A stretch of DNA of 64,000 nt, from assembly GCF_023055435.1 (NCBI RefSeq), contig NW_025963784.1:62001-126000 (forward strand), given 5' to 3'. The notes beneath the pieces are model-generated. The model had not been told where the DNA came from, did no database searches, and saw only the letters and a program-made list of their open reading frames with translations. This DNA is from Haliotis rufescens (lineage: Eukaryota). The position numbers were made by a program, and so were the translations under genes. The number at the start of each line of letters is the position of its first letter. The first letter of the stretch is position 1. This document shows positions 1 to 13,356 of the stretch, one piece after another.

Positions 1-3000
1 AGCAATATCCACGTCGTCCGGGTTGCCAGTCGTGACCATCCGATTCATTAAAATGAGTCCCATTAAGTTAGGAGGAGTGAAACGTCCCTGTAGATGCATT
101 GAATAGCATCGCGCATAACTTTGACAACGTTGTTATATTTGCTAACATCCTTTGAATGTCTACCATAAAATGTGTGGAATGACTTGAAGAAGCCTTTGAT
201 GGTGCAAACAGAACTTGAAATACTTAGTCCTATGAACGTTATAAAATGTAAGAGGGGATGTTGTTGAATATTGGACACATAAAGTCGGATTTTCAGACGC
301 ACTAGTTTTATCACCAATACAAATCTGTTGCTATAGTGTACAGATGAGTGAACATTCACAACTGTATTAACACGTGTTTCGTCATGACGCTAATCTCTTC
401 CGTCATCCTTCTCGGTTTACATGCAAAGGTTTTCAAAGTTCAAGGGGAGGTGAAGAGGACCTTTCCAAATTTGACGCATCAGTGGCAAAAATGACGTGCG
501 ATGCAGTTCCCTATTAACACTGGCTTTTCTTTTGCATGTGATTACGACGGAGCAACCAGTGGGACAGAACCTTTTCGCTAACACCTGGTATCATCACTAT
601 GTGATAGTAATTAAATATACATGAGAATGATAACCGCTTTTACTTGATTTGTTAGATGTGTGCAGAAGATAATAGGCATGACAATTTGGCAAATATAATA
701 TGAATTGTATGTCCGAGGCAATGTTTTGTAATATGTACCTGCTTCTGTGATATACGATTTGTGCATTAAAACGACTAAAGTTTACTGTTAGTTTCAGGCA
801 ATCGACACGAGAGCGACTGAGGATTATGTGGCCTTGGCATAGTAGTTGGTGTGTGTTTTACTTAACTGTGTGTGTTCTGATATAAACTTCTTCATGTCTG
901 TTGTTCTGATATCGAACGTATGCAATATTGTAATGGGTTACTCGCAGCCATTGTTATATGCATCGATGCGTCTGCTGTCGATAGATCGATACTTTTCACA
1001 CTCCTTGTGTGAAGAGGCTTTATTTAAAAGAATTATCAGTCGGAAAAAGCATATTTTTTAAGCAATCAGAATCAAGCATTCTTTAGTGTCAAAGACTACA
1101 ATGCCCAAATACTACAACTCGGCGATAAAACTATCTAAGCTTAAGTACTATTCACAGAAGATAGTTTGTCTCTCTTGATCTGTTCAGACTGTCCCAAGTA
1201 TACTAGCTGTAACAAAAATGTTACAAAAGTTGTAGATCGTCGATAAAGATTAAACGTATTTTCTAAACACGCGTCTATGTTGGCAATACCTTATTAATCA
1301 GCCAACTTGTGTCACCAAGAGACAAAACATTATCTTTGTTTGATGTTATCACTATCTCCCTTGACTACATGTCCCTTAATGAGTTACACACCGACCGCCA
1401 CTCACAAAAGTTAAACAAAAGTAAATTTCATCAAAGTAGGAACAAACCCTAATCGACCTAGCACCGAATCCATACAAGTAAAGGAATACTGCACCATTCA
1501 CACGTCCCCACATCATCCATAAACAAAACCTAGCCCATTATCACTTATTCTGAAACCAGCTCCGTTGTCTGCCCAAAGAACCGGAAGTTCGGTAGTTCGA
1601 TCCCCGTTCACGCCTCACCATGAAGGAGATAAAACAAAGCCTTGTCGACTCCGAGTCAGTTTACAGTGTCTGAGAGAGGTATTCATGTTTAATACTTGCC
1701 ACGTTGTAGGTTCGAAGAATCGTATGAACTTACTTCAGGTATGACAGGTACTGGAGACAGATGTATAAAGACTTGCCAGAAGAAACGGGTTATTGCAATG
1801 TTTATAGAGACATCCTTCAGTGGAAGTAGACACTATTATAAAGTATATAATTACCTGTGGAATTTGGGGTACAGGTTATATTAAATATTGTACCAAAACC
1901 CAACGGTTACATGGACTTCATTGAGCACTGTTGATCCAGGCAATAAGGAACAACCTTATCAGAAACCTCCGGAAACAAGAGATGGCATCCAAGGAGGTTT
2001 CTAACTGTGACTAACACTTGCCTGACTCACGTCATGTCCATTGTGAGATCATGACGCTAGACGGCAAGATTGTAAATTCGTATTGGTTATATTCTGCGAA
2101 AAACCTGTTTTGAAAACAAACTAACCCAATATACCAAGTTTCTTAGGATTAATTCCACAATTCAAGGACTCTTGTTTGCATTGTCAAATAGACGCAAATA
2201 TAAGATGTCAGGACGTGATATTGCTGGCCAACTGAGAGACAATGCGGGATTTTTAATATGAATATGACTCAGACAGAGTATATTTACTTCGAAGACATGT
2301 CTTTGTGTTATACCGTTAATGCCGAGCGCAAGACAAGGTTAACAATGTTAAAGCAAGATGAGTAACATGTTAAAGCATTGTTTGTAATGACACGACCGGC
2401 CATCAAACCACCGAACTTCCGCTCTCCCGACAGATACTCTCGCTTCGCACCACCCCACACGCCACACACAAGACCAAAACTTACACAAACACAACGATCA
2501 CCTGTACTGTTTACCAATACAACCAGTATATAAGCCAACAAGGCCTGTACATTCCAAGGTTGCCCCCGGTCTCTGTAGGTCACGGCGCATCTTACACTTC
2601 ACGTTGCAGATCTTGCTCCATTAATGTGTTTTATCTATCCTTATAAATCACTGACAAAGACTAAAACACACTTTATACCAGAGTTCACCACCCTTTGTAT
2701 ATAGCTTGCACACCAAATATAAACCAATTTTAGTCTAATTAACATCGTACAGACGATTGACATTTCATACCCACTAGACCAGGAGGCGGTCAATAAAGAG
2801 TAATACATATTAAGTATGCTCACATAAGATAATGTTATTCAGTAGCTTGGCAACTGTTATGTCAATACTCAACTGCAGTCAGGTGTTGCCAGTTATTCCC
2901 AAACACGGAAGTAGGTCACCTTCAGAAACATAGCAACCAAGTGACGTAGCCTCGTCATTATACATAATCAATATGTAACCGAAGTATGAAGGGATGAAAT

Positions 3001-3201
3001 TGCATCGTGAATACTACTGCTTTGATGCAACTCGGCAATTTGTGAATAGGTCATATACTTTTTGTCAACTACAGATTCAAATGAAGGAGCCTTGGTGCTC
3101 ATAGCGTATCCCACCTGTGTGACTGATGGAGATTCTTACACAATGAACCTCCACGGATACTCTTTGAAACATTATCGACGGGCCTATTTATAACTTTGCA
3201 A

Positions 3202-3385
3202 ATGGCGTGTAAAAGTCTGAAACCACCCAGGCCTTACATCACAGGGAGAACATCAGCGCTTAAAGTGGAGGAGATTGTTAACATTCTGAGGAGTCCAGAT
3301 GAGAGCAAGACCATCCAGACTGCCCCCGCCACACCTCAGGGAGGACAGGTGTACCTCTATAAGATAGCATCGGGTATGAGAGAAG
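3202..3385 (+). CDS. Copy 1 coding exon 1: N-terminal half of CG-1-like DNA-binding domain
   Basis: ATG 3202, LKVEEIVNILRS..APATPQGGQVYLY, phase-1 donor G|GTGAGT at 3385/3386; paralogous to 24001-24181. Confidence 0.75.
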
Positions 3386-4522
3386 GTGAGTCAGTTGTGT
3401 TCACGCTTAATGCTAACATGAGGCAGGGATCGATATATAGAAAAAGGTTAATAGTCCATGGAAAACTTATATTATGTATAATATAATTTGAATTCAAAAG
3501 GTTTGTTAAACACACACGATGAATGTCCTCAAAAACCACATGTATATACATGTAGGTTTCCAGTATTTCTCTGCATGACGTGATAATAGATTTTATGTTC
3601 GCTAATATTGTTAACGAGTAACTGCCATGCATAATAAACCTCCAGTGACATCTTCATATTGTTCTCCAAATGGGTTAAATTTCATTAACAAGGATGCTAT
3701 AATGTCACAGAGATATTTTAATTGAAGTTGCGTTTATATTGTAGCATATGCATGTTACTCGCTAGGAGAAGTTACTTTGCAATTTAACAAAACAATTTAA
3801 TGAAATGTAAAATCAAATGACAAATTAAACTTCCGGGGATCGAACACGTAATCTTCGTATCTGCAGCCCAGTGAGTGTATCACTAGGCGACAGAGGCGGT
3901 TAAATGTTTTCAAGAATGTATTTTTCAAGTACCCTTACGCTAGCAACACATATTGTAGGCCCATATTGGCGCCCCTCAGTTTAATCCCTTCGATTCCGGT
4001 CTTAACTCTCATAAAGACCCTCAGACGTGTTTTATCCTACACATAAATCACTGCCAATTCAGCTCAATCGTCCATATCATTATTTCAACTACTAATATAT
4101 TCTGTTTCTGTTCTTCTCTCTCTTTTTATCCCCTTTACAATAACCGTGTACTTTAACGAACATTTATCCAATGTTTACATGTAGGAAGTCAATTGTTCAA
4201 CTGATCAATATAAGCTAAACAAGAATTTGTATTGTTTTAAGGTATGTGGTTTAAGGTATGTGCACCCATATGCCCGATGACATGATATTTATCATTACAA
4301 CCTCTAATACAACATATATGCATGACCTTACAGTTCTATGAGTGTGGTGTGTCCGTTGGCCCATGACAAACAAAGTCGACTTTGCATTTAGGTTTCATTA
4401 ATTAATACCTACACCACACGTGACACACTAACATTCAAAGCTTCTTGACGGACGGTTCATCGTCAGGATAACAACAACGCTTGCAATGTCATGAGACTCA
4501 TGATGTTACATTATATTTACAG

Positions 4523-5592
4523 ACGTGTGGAAGGACGACAAATATCACTTCAGAAGTGATGGAACCCGGAAGCAGCCTAGCTCAAGTCCAGTCATAGTGA
4601 AGCAGTACCACAAGGCTTACACCGAGGACAAGGCAACAACAAGGGCCTTTGTCAGAGAAGCATCGTATCTGTACAACCAGCCTCTGAAACACGTCCTAGT
4701 GCAATATATCGGGGACCACACACAAGCACAGCCTGCTCCTCAACGTAAGAAGCGTGGTCAACAGACAGTTAATTCCCCAGGTTACAGTAAACGTAGAAAA
4801 GTAGAATCAACTGGTGGAGCTGTGCAGTCGGGTGTCACGGAGAACACTAACTCAAACCTGGACCCTGAAGATCATTCATCACCGACAGAATTGGAAGACA
4901 ACGGTAAATCAAACACTATTCTAGGTGTAACATTGAATGAAGCAAAGGTGTCAGAGACTGAAACAAAGAATGATCATGACACAAATCAGAAACGCAGCAG
5001 GACAGGAGATCATAGAGGTGATGATGACATTGAATATTTGGATACAACGTCAGGCTCCCCTGTCAAGAAACTCCGTTTGCAGCCTCAAGTTGACAATGAC
5101 AACACAGTTGTAACCTGTGTCACTAACACACCCTACGCTTATCTGTACACATTTCTAGAAGATGTAGAAAGGAATCGTGATGTGATAAGGGTCGTGCAAC
5201 AGGTTTTATCTTTATCAAGGTTCTGGAACAAGGACTGTACCAACAAAGACAACGCATGCTTGTCACTCATTGAAGAGGTCGACAAGAACTGGAATCTAGA
5301 TGCAATAAAAGCAAGGAACTGGGTTAAATGTTCTGTAAATACTGACGTTCTGAGCTTGAACCAAGACCGGTCAGTTTACATAAACCTCATCGCAGCAGTA
5401 CTTGTTGGAGCATGCCATACCAGGACTGAAGTACAGGACTTTTTGAAAACACTGAAGGATCCTCCTTCACACCCGCAGCATGTACAAGAGGACGTCCCCC
5501 TGTCACGTAACTGTACATACACAGTTGGCTGCTACACCATCAGAGGAGATGTTCTGTCTCGCCTGGAAACCAACGACTGGCTGACAGATGAA
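4523..5592 (+). CDS. Copy 1 coding exon 2: rest of CG-1-like domain, basic NLS-like motifs, start of Ulp1-like domain
   Basis: Acceptor tttacag|AC keeps phase (DVWKDDKYHF..FVREASYL..HVLVQYIGD); ends WLTDE|GTAAGT; 1070 nt, same length as 24944-26013. Confidence 0.8.
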
Positions 5593-6273
5593 GTAAGTAG
5601 TCCATCTGCTCTATTTACACAATCACACAAACTACATGCGTAGTTAATTATCCAAGAAAATCATTTCATAGAGCATGGGAGGCTTTCGATTTCATCAAAT
5701 GATGTCAGTATTAGGTATTAACTGAGGGCGTGAGGGTGGTGAGTGGTTCAGTCACGTAATACTCATTGATAGTGCCTTGATGTAGGCAAGGTAGAGCGTG
5801 AGTTTGGTTAAACGCCTCTTTGAACAGTAGTGTCATGGTGAGTTGGATTAAATTATGAAGAAATTCCAAAGTGAAGCATATCTTAGACGTTTACCACTTT
5901 GTTGATTCCCATGGCGAGTCTGCAAAGCGAAATGCGGCGCCTTGGACCATGAGCCCCCGTCTTAAGATTAATACAGCAACGTTTGACAGTTTCTTCTTTT
6001 TACACCAGTATTAGTTAACCATCAATTAATATAATAGTGCTAATTATCAACTCATTGCCATGCATCTCGATTATGCAATGATAACACTACTCACCTGCAA
6101 TGGGCATTGTGCACAAAATCTAGTACATCATCAGTTCAATTGTCAGTCATTGCTAACAGCCGAGATATTCTCCTCATGATGGATATGTGATGTGCAGCGG
6201 ATCCTGCTTTGATTTGAAATTACAAGCGTTCCCTTTGAACCGAAAGCATTGGGGGATTAAACAGTATAATAAA

Positions 6274-8732
6274 GGGCAAAGATATCATGGATATAGTTAT
6301 AAAGAAGGGAAAACGTAGCATCAATATCATAGGTCCTGAAGGATCAACACCTTTACATTACTCATGTGCAGTTGGAAATGTTAGCATTGTAAGCTACCTG
6401 TTACAGGAATCAGTGGCAATTGGTAATCCAAACAAGAAGGGTGAAACTGGACTTCATTTGGCATGTATATATGGGAATGCAGAAGTTGTTAAAATGTTAT
6501 TACAGAACAAGGGAATAAGTCATGTGACAGAAAATGCTGGCCGCACACCTCTACATGATGCAGCCTGGCAAGGACATAGGGAGGTTGTGGAGGTGTTATT
6601 ACAGAACAAGGCAAATGTGGATGAGAAACGTGATGATGGCAGCACACCTCTACATGATGCAGGCTGGCAGGGACATACGGAGGTTGTGGAGGTGTTATTA
6701 CAGAACAAGGCAAATGTGGATGAGAAACGTAATGATGGCAGCACACCTCTACATGATGCAGCCTACCAGGGTCATAGGGAGGTTGTGAGGGTGATATTAC
6801 AGAACAAGGCAAATGTGGATGAGAAAGATGAGGAAGGCAGCACACCTCTACATGATGCAGCCTGGCAGGGACATCGGGAGGTTGTGGAGGTGTTATTACA
6901 GAACAAGGCAAATGTGGATGACAAACGTGATGATGGCCGCACACCTCTACATGATGCAGCCTGGCAGGGACAGAGGGAGGTTGTGGAGGTGTTATTACAG
7001 AACAAGGCAAATATGGATGACAAACGTGATGATGGCCGCACACCTCTACATGATGCAGCCTGGCAGGGACAGAGGGAGGTTGTGGAGGTGTTATTACAGA
7101 ACAAGGCAAATGTGCATGAGAAAGGTGATGATGGCCGCACACCTCTACATGATGCAGCCAGGATGGGACATCGGGAGGTTGTGGAGGTGTTATTACAGAA
7201 CAAGGCAAATGTGGATGACAAACGTGATGATGGCCACACACCTCTACATGATGCAGCCTGGCAGGGACAGAGGGAGGTTGTGGATCAGTTATTACAGAAC
7301 AAGGCAAATGTGGATGACAAACGTGATGATGGCCACACATCTCTACATCTTGCAGCCTACCGGGGACATAGGGAGGTTGTGGAGGTGTTATTACAGAACA
7401 AGGCAAATGTGGATGACAAACGTGATGATGGCCGCACACCTCTACATGATGCAGCCTGGCAGGGACAGAGGGAGGTTGTGGAGGTGTTATTACAGAACAA
7501 GGCAAATGTGCATGAGAAAGGTGATGATGGCAGCACACCTCTATATGATGCAGCCAGGAAGGGACATCGGGAGGTTGTGGAGGTGTTATTACAGAACATG
7601 GCAAATGTGGATGATAAACGTGATGATGGCCGCACACCTCTATATCTTGCAGCCTACCGGGGACATAGGGAGGTTGTGGAGGTGTTATCACAGAACAAGG
7701 CAAATGTGCATGAGAAAGGTGATGATGGCAGCACACCTCTACATGATGCAGCCAGGAAGGGACATCGGGAGGTTATGGAGGTGTTATTGCAGAACAAGGC
7801 AAATGTGGATGAGAAAGATAAGGAAGGCTGCACATCTCTACATCGTGCATCCTACCAGGGACATAGGGAGGTTGTGGAGGTGTTATTACAGAACAAGGCA
7901 AATGTGGATGACAAACGTGATGATGGCCGCACACCTCTACATCTTGCAGCCTACCGGGGACATAGGGAGGTTGTGGAGGTGTTATTACAGAACAAGGCAA
8001 ATGTGGATGACAAACGTGATGATGACCGCACACCTCTACATGATGCAGTCTGGAAGGGTCATCGGGAGGTTGTGGAGGTGTTATTACAGAACAAGGCAAA
8101 TGTGGATGGTAAACGTGATGATGGCCGCACACCTCTACATGATGCAGCCTGGGAGGGACACAGGGAAGTTGTGGAGGTGTTATTACAGAACAAGGCAAAT
8201 GTGCATGATAAACGTGATAATGGCAGCACACCTCTACATGATGCAGCCAGGAAGGGACATCGGGAGGTTATGGAGGTGTTTTTGCAGAACAAGGCAAATG
8301 TGGATGATAAACGTGATGATGGCCGCACACCTCTACATCTTGCAGCCTACCGGGGACATAGGGAAGTTGTGGAGGTGTTATTACAGAACAAGGCAAATGT
8401 GCATGATAAACGTGATAATGGCAGCACACCTCTACATGATGCAGCCAGGAAGGGACATCGGGAGGTTATGGAGGTGTTTTTGCAGAACAAGGCAAATGTG
8501 GATGATAAACGTGATGATGGCCGCACACCTCTACATCTTGCAGCCTACCGGGGACATAGGGAGGTTGTGGAGGTGTTATTACAGAACAAGGCAAATGTGG
8601 ATGAGAAAGACGATAAAGAAGAAACTGCTTTACAAAAGCAGAGGCACAACATCACGATGATATTGCAAGGATTATAACTGAGGCAACAAATATACATGAC
8701 CTGACAAGCAGCCATAGTACAATTATGGATAG
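6274..8732 (+). pseudogene. Copy 1 ankyrin exon remnant (ORF 6287-8677, about 23 ANK repeats), 5'-deleted and with a terminal frameshift
   Basis: Intron sequence joins mid-exon sequence at 6273/6274 relative to copy 2; TPLHxAAxxGH repeats; A4 vs A5 at 8634-8637 shifts the frame before the AG|GTAAG donor at 8732. Confidence 0.7.
6530..8608 (+). repeat. Coding tandem array, 21 x 99 bp ankyrin units
   Basis: 2079 bp = 21 x 99 with no net indels; near-invariant GAGGTTGTGGAGGTGTTATTACAGAACAAGGCAAATGTG framework. Confidence 0.95.
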
Positions 8733-9754
8733 GTAAGAGCAATATGGAAATGATGCTTGAGTTGACAGCCCAAACACATATATTGTATACGCTGTTTTGC
8801 AGAACAGTTTTGAAACCTCACGAAACCATATGAGACCTCGAAGAGGACAGTACCATCAGACATATATCAAATATCTATTTCAGCTAAAAAAGAATATGGA
8901 CAGAGCATTTCTACAAGGCCCCCGAAACAACATACTAAAAGTCCCAAATCAATCAATCAAATATGTGATGAGAGACCAACAGTGTATTGATATTCCATGT
9001 CTGTCCATGTCTTGGAGGTCATCTTGGATTTTTGGGCCAGTCAGTTAGTGTGACAAGTTTTATGCATATATGTCCCAGCACACTGTTTCAGAGATAAAAG
9101 CTTCCACAGCCTAACCTCATATTTAGGAAATGTGTCGGCCATCTTGAAATTGCCAGCCATCTTGATGTTTTGTAGATTTGTCAATAGTCGAAAACGATCA
9201 ATAGTTGTGAATATCTTTTTAGAAACATAATATGGCTATTTTGCAACACAACACATGCTGTTTTTCATCAAAACATTGAACCTCATCTGAAATAAGGAAA
9301 ATACTATTGACAGATGGTTGCCATATTGGATTATGTAAATTAGACATATTTCCCAAACTGGGATTGCTGGGGACTTTAAGTATGTTGTTTTGGGGACCTT
9401 GTAGAAATGCATTGTGATGAAATGAACTCTATTGCTATTTGTTCCAAGTGTAACCTTATTCTCCATGGGCTACATATGTCAATGGGGACTTTGCCAAAAC
9501 ACTGAAATTATGTTAACCAATATTTGAACTTAATTAGGCTTCACTGTGTATAATATTGAATGATTCGTTGGTTTACGTTTATGAGTATGTGGGGCTTCCA
9601 TTTAGTTTGGAGCCTTTTTCATTAGATACGAATTCGAAAGCGCTGGAGGCTTTTACATCTTGATTTTGTATTATATGTCACAATAGCATCACTATTTTGA
9701 TTAAGTCCTATTTTCTCTGAAATGTTGTGTCAAGTGCATGTGGTATTGTTTCAG

Positions 9755-10211
9755 GGTGACAACCGATGGCCAGTTTCTTATGAAATCATCGTCAGTTCCA
9801 CACGGAAGCTATAACAATGGCGGTTGGCTTACATCCACACCACCAACATCAACGTGTCCCGTGAACCACACATCAGAAGAATTGCCAGGGGTTTATGTTC
9901 CGAGTCAACTGGGACAAGCAGTTTCCACAGACAGACAAAGTGTTATGGAAGAGATCGCCTTGCAGTCATCCCAACCATATCATATAGACGGAAATCTTAA
10001 CAACCTCCTTACAGATCCTGCACACATGGAGATACGTTCACCCAATCAAAGATCAGAAACCATATATGGAATCTCAAGTCATGTTCCCACCTATGTCCAT
10101 GCTCCAGTAGTTGGTGACACATTGCCTAGTTCAGATACCACTAGTAATTCTGAGAATACCATCATTCACTACACTGAGTCTGGGGAAAAGATAGAGCTGC
10201 TGCAGCTCTAA
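9755..10211 (+). CDS. Copy 1 terminal exon (Ser/Thr/Pro-rich tail ending EKIELLQL)
   Basis: Acceptor ttgtttcag|G matches the phase-2 donor at 8732 (AG+G = Arg); ORF 9738-10211; paralog 37765-38122. Confidence 0.6.
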
Positions 10212-10340
10212 AAGTGGTCTAGAAAGGAGTTATCATTGTTATTATGATGTGTCCAATGTTACAGTATACATATACAGTTTTACAACCTCCATTAGGGGTC
10301 AGTCGTCCGAATTCGGTTTGCAGAAAATAACGAGTTATTT

Positions 10341-10500
10341 GTGAAACCCAAGAGCACGCGTATGGTTATGACAAACCTAGAAACATAATCTGAGCGAACC
10401 TGGATTCGAACCCACAATCATAGGTATCTGGTGTACCCAAGGGACGCAACTCTGCACAGCGAATCGCGGCGCCTTAGACGACTGGGCCACCCGTACCCCC
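10341..10500 (-). mobile_element. tRNA-derived SINE (Leu-like head, long A-to-B box spacer), 3'-truncated
   Basis: Reverse complement of 13115-13270: TGGCCCAGTCGTCTAAGGCGCC and GGTTCGAATCC boxes. Confidence 0.7.
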
Positions 10501-11634
10501 GTGGGAGTGATTTGTGTCAATGTAGTTTTGACGTTTCTGTTCGCATCTCGATTCCATGAAAAACTCATTGTACGTTACAAATTCTAGGAACATGGCTAAC
10601 TTTAATGTTTAGAAGATTACATAACAGTTTCTTACAAATGTTTATAACTGGACATATGCAGATTTTAGTGTGTTCCGAACTTTCTTAAAGCAAAGTGTTT
10701 TGTTGAAATTAGTGGGAGTGAGTTCAGATTGACGTACACAATGAATGTTTGCAGCTACATGTCGCTGTGTAAAATATGTACTTGCAGGAACACGTGGGTG
10801 TCTTCTATCATAGTCGGTATTGTCACTTTGATTTGTTTCTGCACCATTTCCAGTGTCAGAGTTGTGAAGTCTCACACCCAATACGAAGCCATGTAACATG
10901 TTGTACATGCAATATAGACTTTAAAGTATGTTCACGGTGACCTCATATTCAGGAATATAATGATTGTTTTATTTCAAAGCAATTTATCCTATTAATTTCC
11001 ATGATGTCTTGGCACACATGAAAATGCTAAGATCAAATAGAATTCTTTGAGCTGTGTCCCTTAAACAAATACAGACTATATAGTCATGGGCAAAACCAAC
11101 CAGTATTACATTCTTCCATGATATCTGACATATTCTTATGTGACATATTATGTGATAGATCACTGAACGAATCCCCGTAAGATATCGTTTTTATTACAAA
11201 CATTGTATCTGAAAACGTATCTAAGGAGCGCAAGATGTTGGAAGCATTATTGTACTAACATTCATGGTTTAAGTAATATACTTTTATCATCAGATAACTC
11301 TTGTTAGTGCTGCATTAGTTAAATGGCCTGTTATGTATTGCCCATAGTTGACCCATTGTTTAACCCCTTTGTGACTGTAGACCTACAATTACGTTTTTCA
11401 ATAGAAGTTGTTTTTTATTCATTTATATTGTATGCTGATTTACTGATTTGGCAATATAGTTTGAACCGTTTTCTAAGTTAACCTTCGCGTGTCAATTCGG
11501 AAATCCCCTCGTAACACTGTGCCATACAGTATAAACATACAGTAACGATTACTGTTAATTTCTAAAATGTCACCAGTGTCATTCATGTGACAAACATATG
11601 AAAATCGTTATGATGTTATGCAGACGTACATATA

Positions 11635-11880
11635 CAGTCGAACCCCGATGTCTTGAACTCGGATGTGCCGATTCCAGGGTCCAGGCGAAATCACAGTCCA
11701 AAATCTTACCATATTTATAGTATTGTTACCTGAATGCTCGACATGAGTGTTTTGAGTTCAATTTATAGTCCCCAAAGTTGAAAGGTAAAACTTATCAAGA
11801 TCCAGGTCGAATTCAAATAGTTCGAATAACTCGAACTATTTCTTTGGTCCCCAGAAGTTCGAGGCAATTGGGTCCGATTG
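11635..11880. mobile_element. Degenerate MITE, Tc1/mariner-pogo-like ends
   Basis: TA-CAGTCGAACCCC at left; imperfect inverted end GGGTCCGATTG at right; subterminal TTCGA motifs. Confidence 0.45.
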
Positions 11881-12399
11881 TTCCTTTATGTTCATATATC
11901 TGAATATGTATACAGGTAGAACAAGGTGCTTATCCAAACGCAGTGAAGTCACACAGACAGCCCATACCAGTGCAGCGTGTATCACAATCAGAACCAATCA
12001 CAAACTATATTCAGGCACTATCCTGATCTAAATATACACTTTCCCTGTGAAAAAGACAAATAAGTGTCTTTGTTGATTATAATCAAATAAAGAAAATACG
12101 CAAAACCAAACCAAAACAAACTGACATTTGAATGAAGTTATCCAGGTTACATGGCATAAATAAGCAGCATGTTTTGCAAGCACAATACATGTGTGATGAT
12201 CAAGTATTTGTAAATACCTTGCTCTGAAATAGAGTGGGCTAGATCGCCTCCATTGTCTTATGGATAGAGTATTAGACCGATTTATTTCGTATGTGTGGCC
12301 TCGAGGCCAATAGTACAATGACATTTTGTTGTAATTCGTCGTGAAGCACCACTTGTATACTGATTAGATTGTAGCTAAATATGGTGTACACAGTTTTAT

Positions 12400-12750
12400 T
12401 TATATTCAATGTATATATTATCCTTCTTTCAAATATCTTATAAACACACACAAGTCTGAGAAGAATATGGCTATTTTTGCTGTTCATTAACTGTACAGAT
12501 TTTCTTTGTGATGGATACGTATAATAATAGTTAGGCAGGTATTTGATTCTTATATCCTCATATACTGGACATATCAATAAAACATGGTATTCATTTTCTT
12601 GGTTATATTTGCAGAAAGGACACGTCGATGTTAAAACATCATTATCTTTGGAGTGTCTGTATAATTGTATATTGAGGGTATGTATACCACACCTGAACTT
12701 CGTTAAGCATCTGCGTAAAGGGAGAGAGTATCTGCCCAGTAACGTTTAAT
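12400..12750 (-). mobile_element. LINE ORF2 3' fragment (C-terminal zinc-knuckle region)
   Basis: Minus-strand translation LTKFRCGIHTLNIQ..CPFCKYNQENEYHVLLICPVYEDIRIKYLP, typical of non-LTR retrotransposon ORF2 ends. Confidence 0.75.
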
Positions 12751-12764
12751 TGTGGTGGTCTTGT

Positions 12765-12980
12765 CACCCCGCCTGGCGCTCAGTATTAAGGGGATAAGAC
12801 TGGTCAATTTGTGGTCAGTATATTGTGTCAGAGTGGGGTAGTAATGTTAAAACTTCGGCATGGTGTATCAGTGGCTTGCTCTGTAAAAACTACATGAGCA
12901 GACACACATACATATACACACACGCGTGCATGCACGTCACCTCATATAAGTGCAATATTCTTGAACGCAACGTTAAACCT
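12765..12980 (+). mobile_element. SINE fragment sharing its central domain with 55375-55628
   Basis: CCCGCCTGGCGCTCAGTATTAAGGGATAAGACTGG..GTCAGTATATTGTGTCAGAGTGGGGTA; duplicated at about 40753-40975. Confidence 0.6.
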
Positions 12981-13114
12981 CAAACCTCATTTTGCCTTGC
13001 CTCACCTCTACAGAGAATGAATCAAATAAGGGCAAAAAATAAAATATGCCTCCTTATTTATGCTTGGCAAACGTGTACTGAATATTGTTTGTGAAGTCAG
13101 GTCTGAAGATTTTC

Positions 13115-13356
13115 GGGGTACGAATGGCCGAGCCGTCTAAGGCGCCGTGATTCGCTGTGCAGAGTTGCGCCCCTTGGGCACGCCAGAGACCTCTAATTGT
13201 GGGTTCGAATCCATGTTCGCCCAGTTTATGTTTCTAGGTTTGTCAGCACCATACCCGTGCTCTTGGGTTTCACCGAAGTGGTAAACGTCTGAGACATTCA
13301 TCACTTGGGCTTTCCTCTCACATTCAGCTGTCACGCCGTGATATAACTGGAATACT
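13115..13356 (+). mobile_element. tRNA-derived SINE (Leu-like head)
   Basis: A box TGGCCGAGCCGTCTAAGG, B box GGTTCGAATCC, tail CGCCGTGATATAACTGGAATA shared with other SINEs here; four copies in the window. Confidence 0.75.

Noticed and set aside
6813-8660. 615-aa alternative-frame ORF over the ANK array
   Set aside because: Repeat artefact; the same frame is repeatedly closed by TGA in copy 2.
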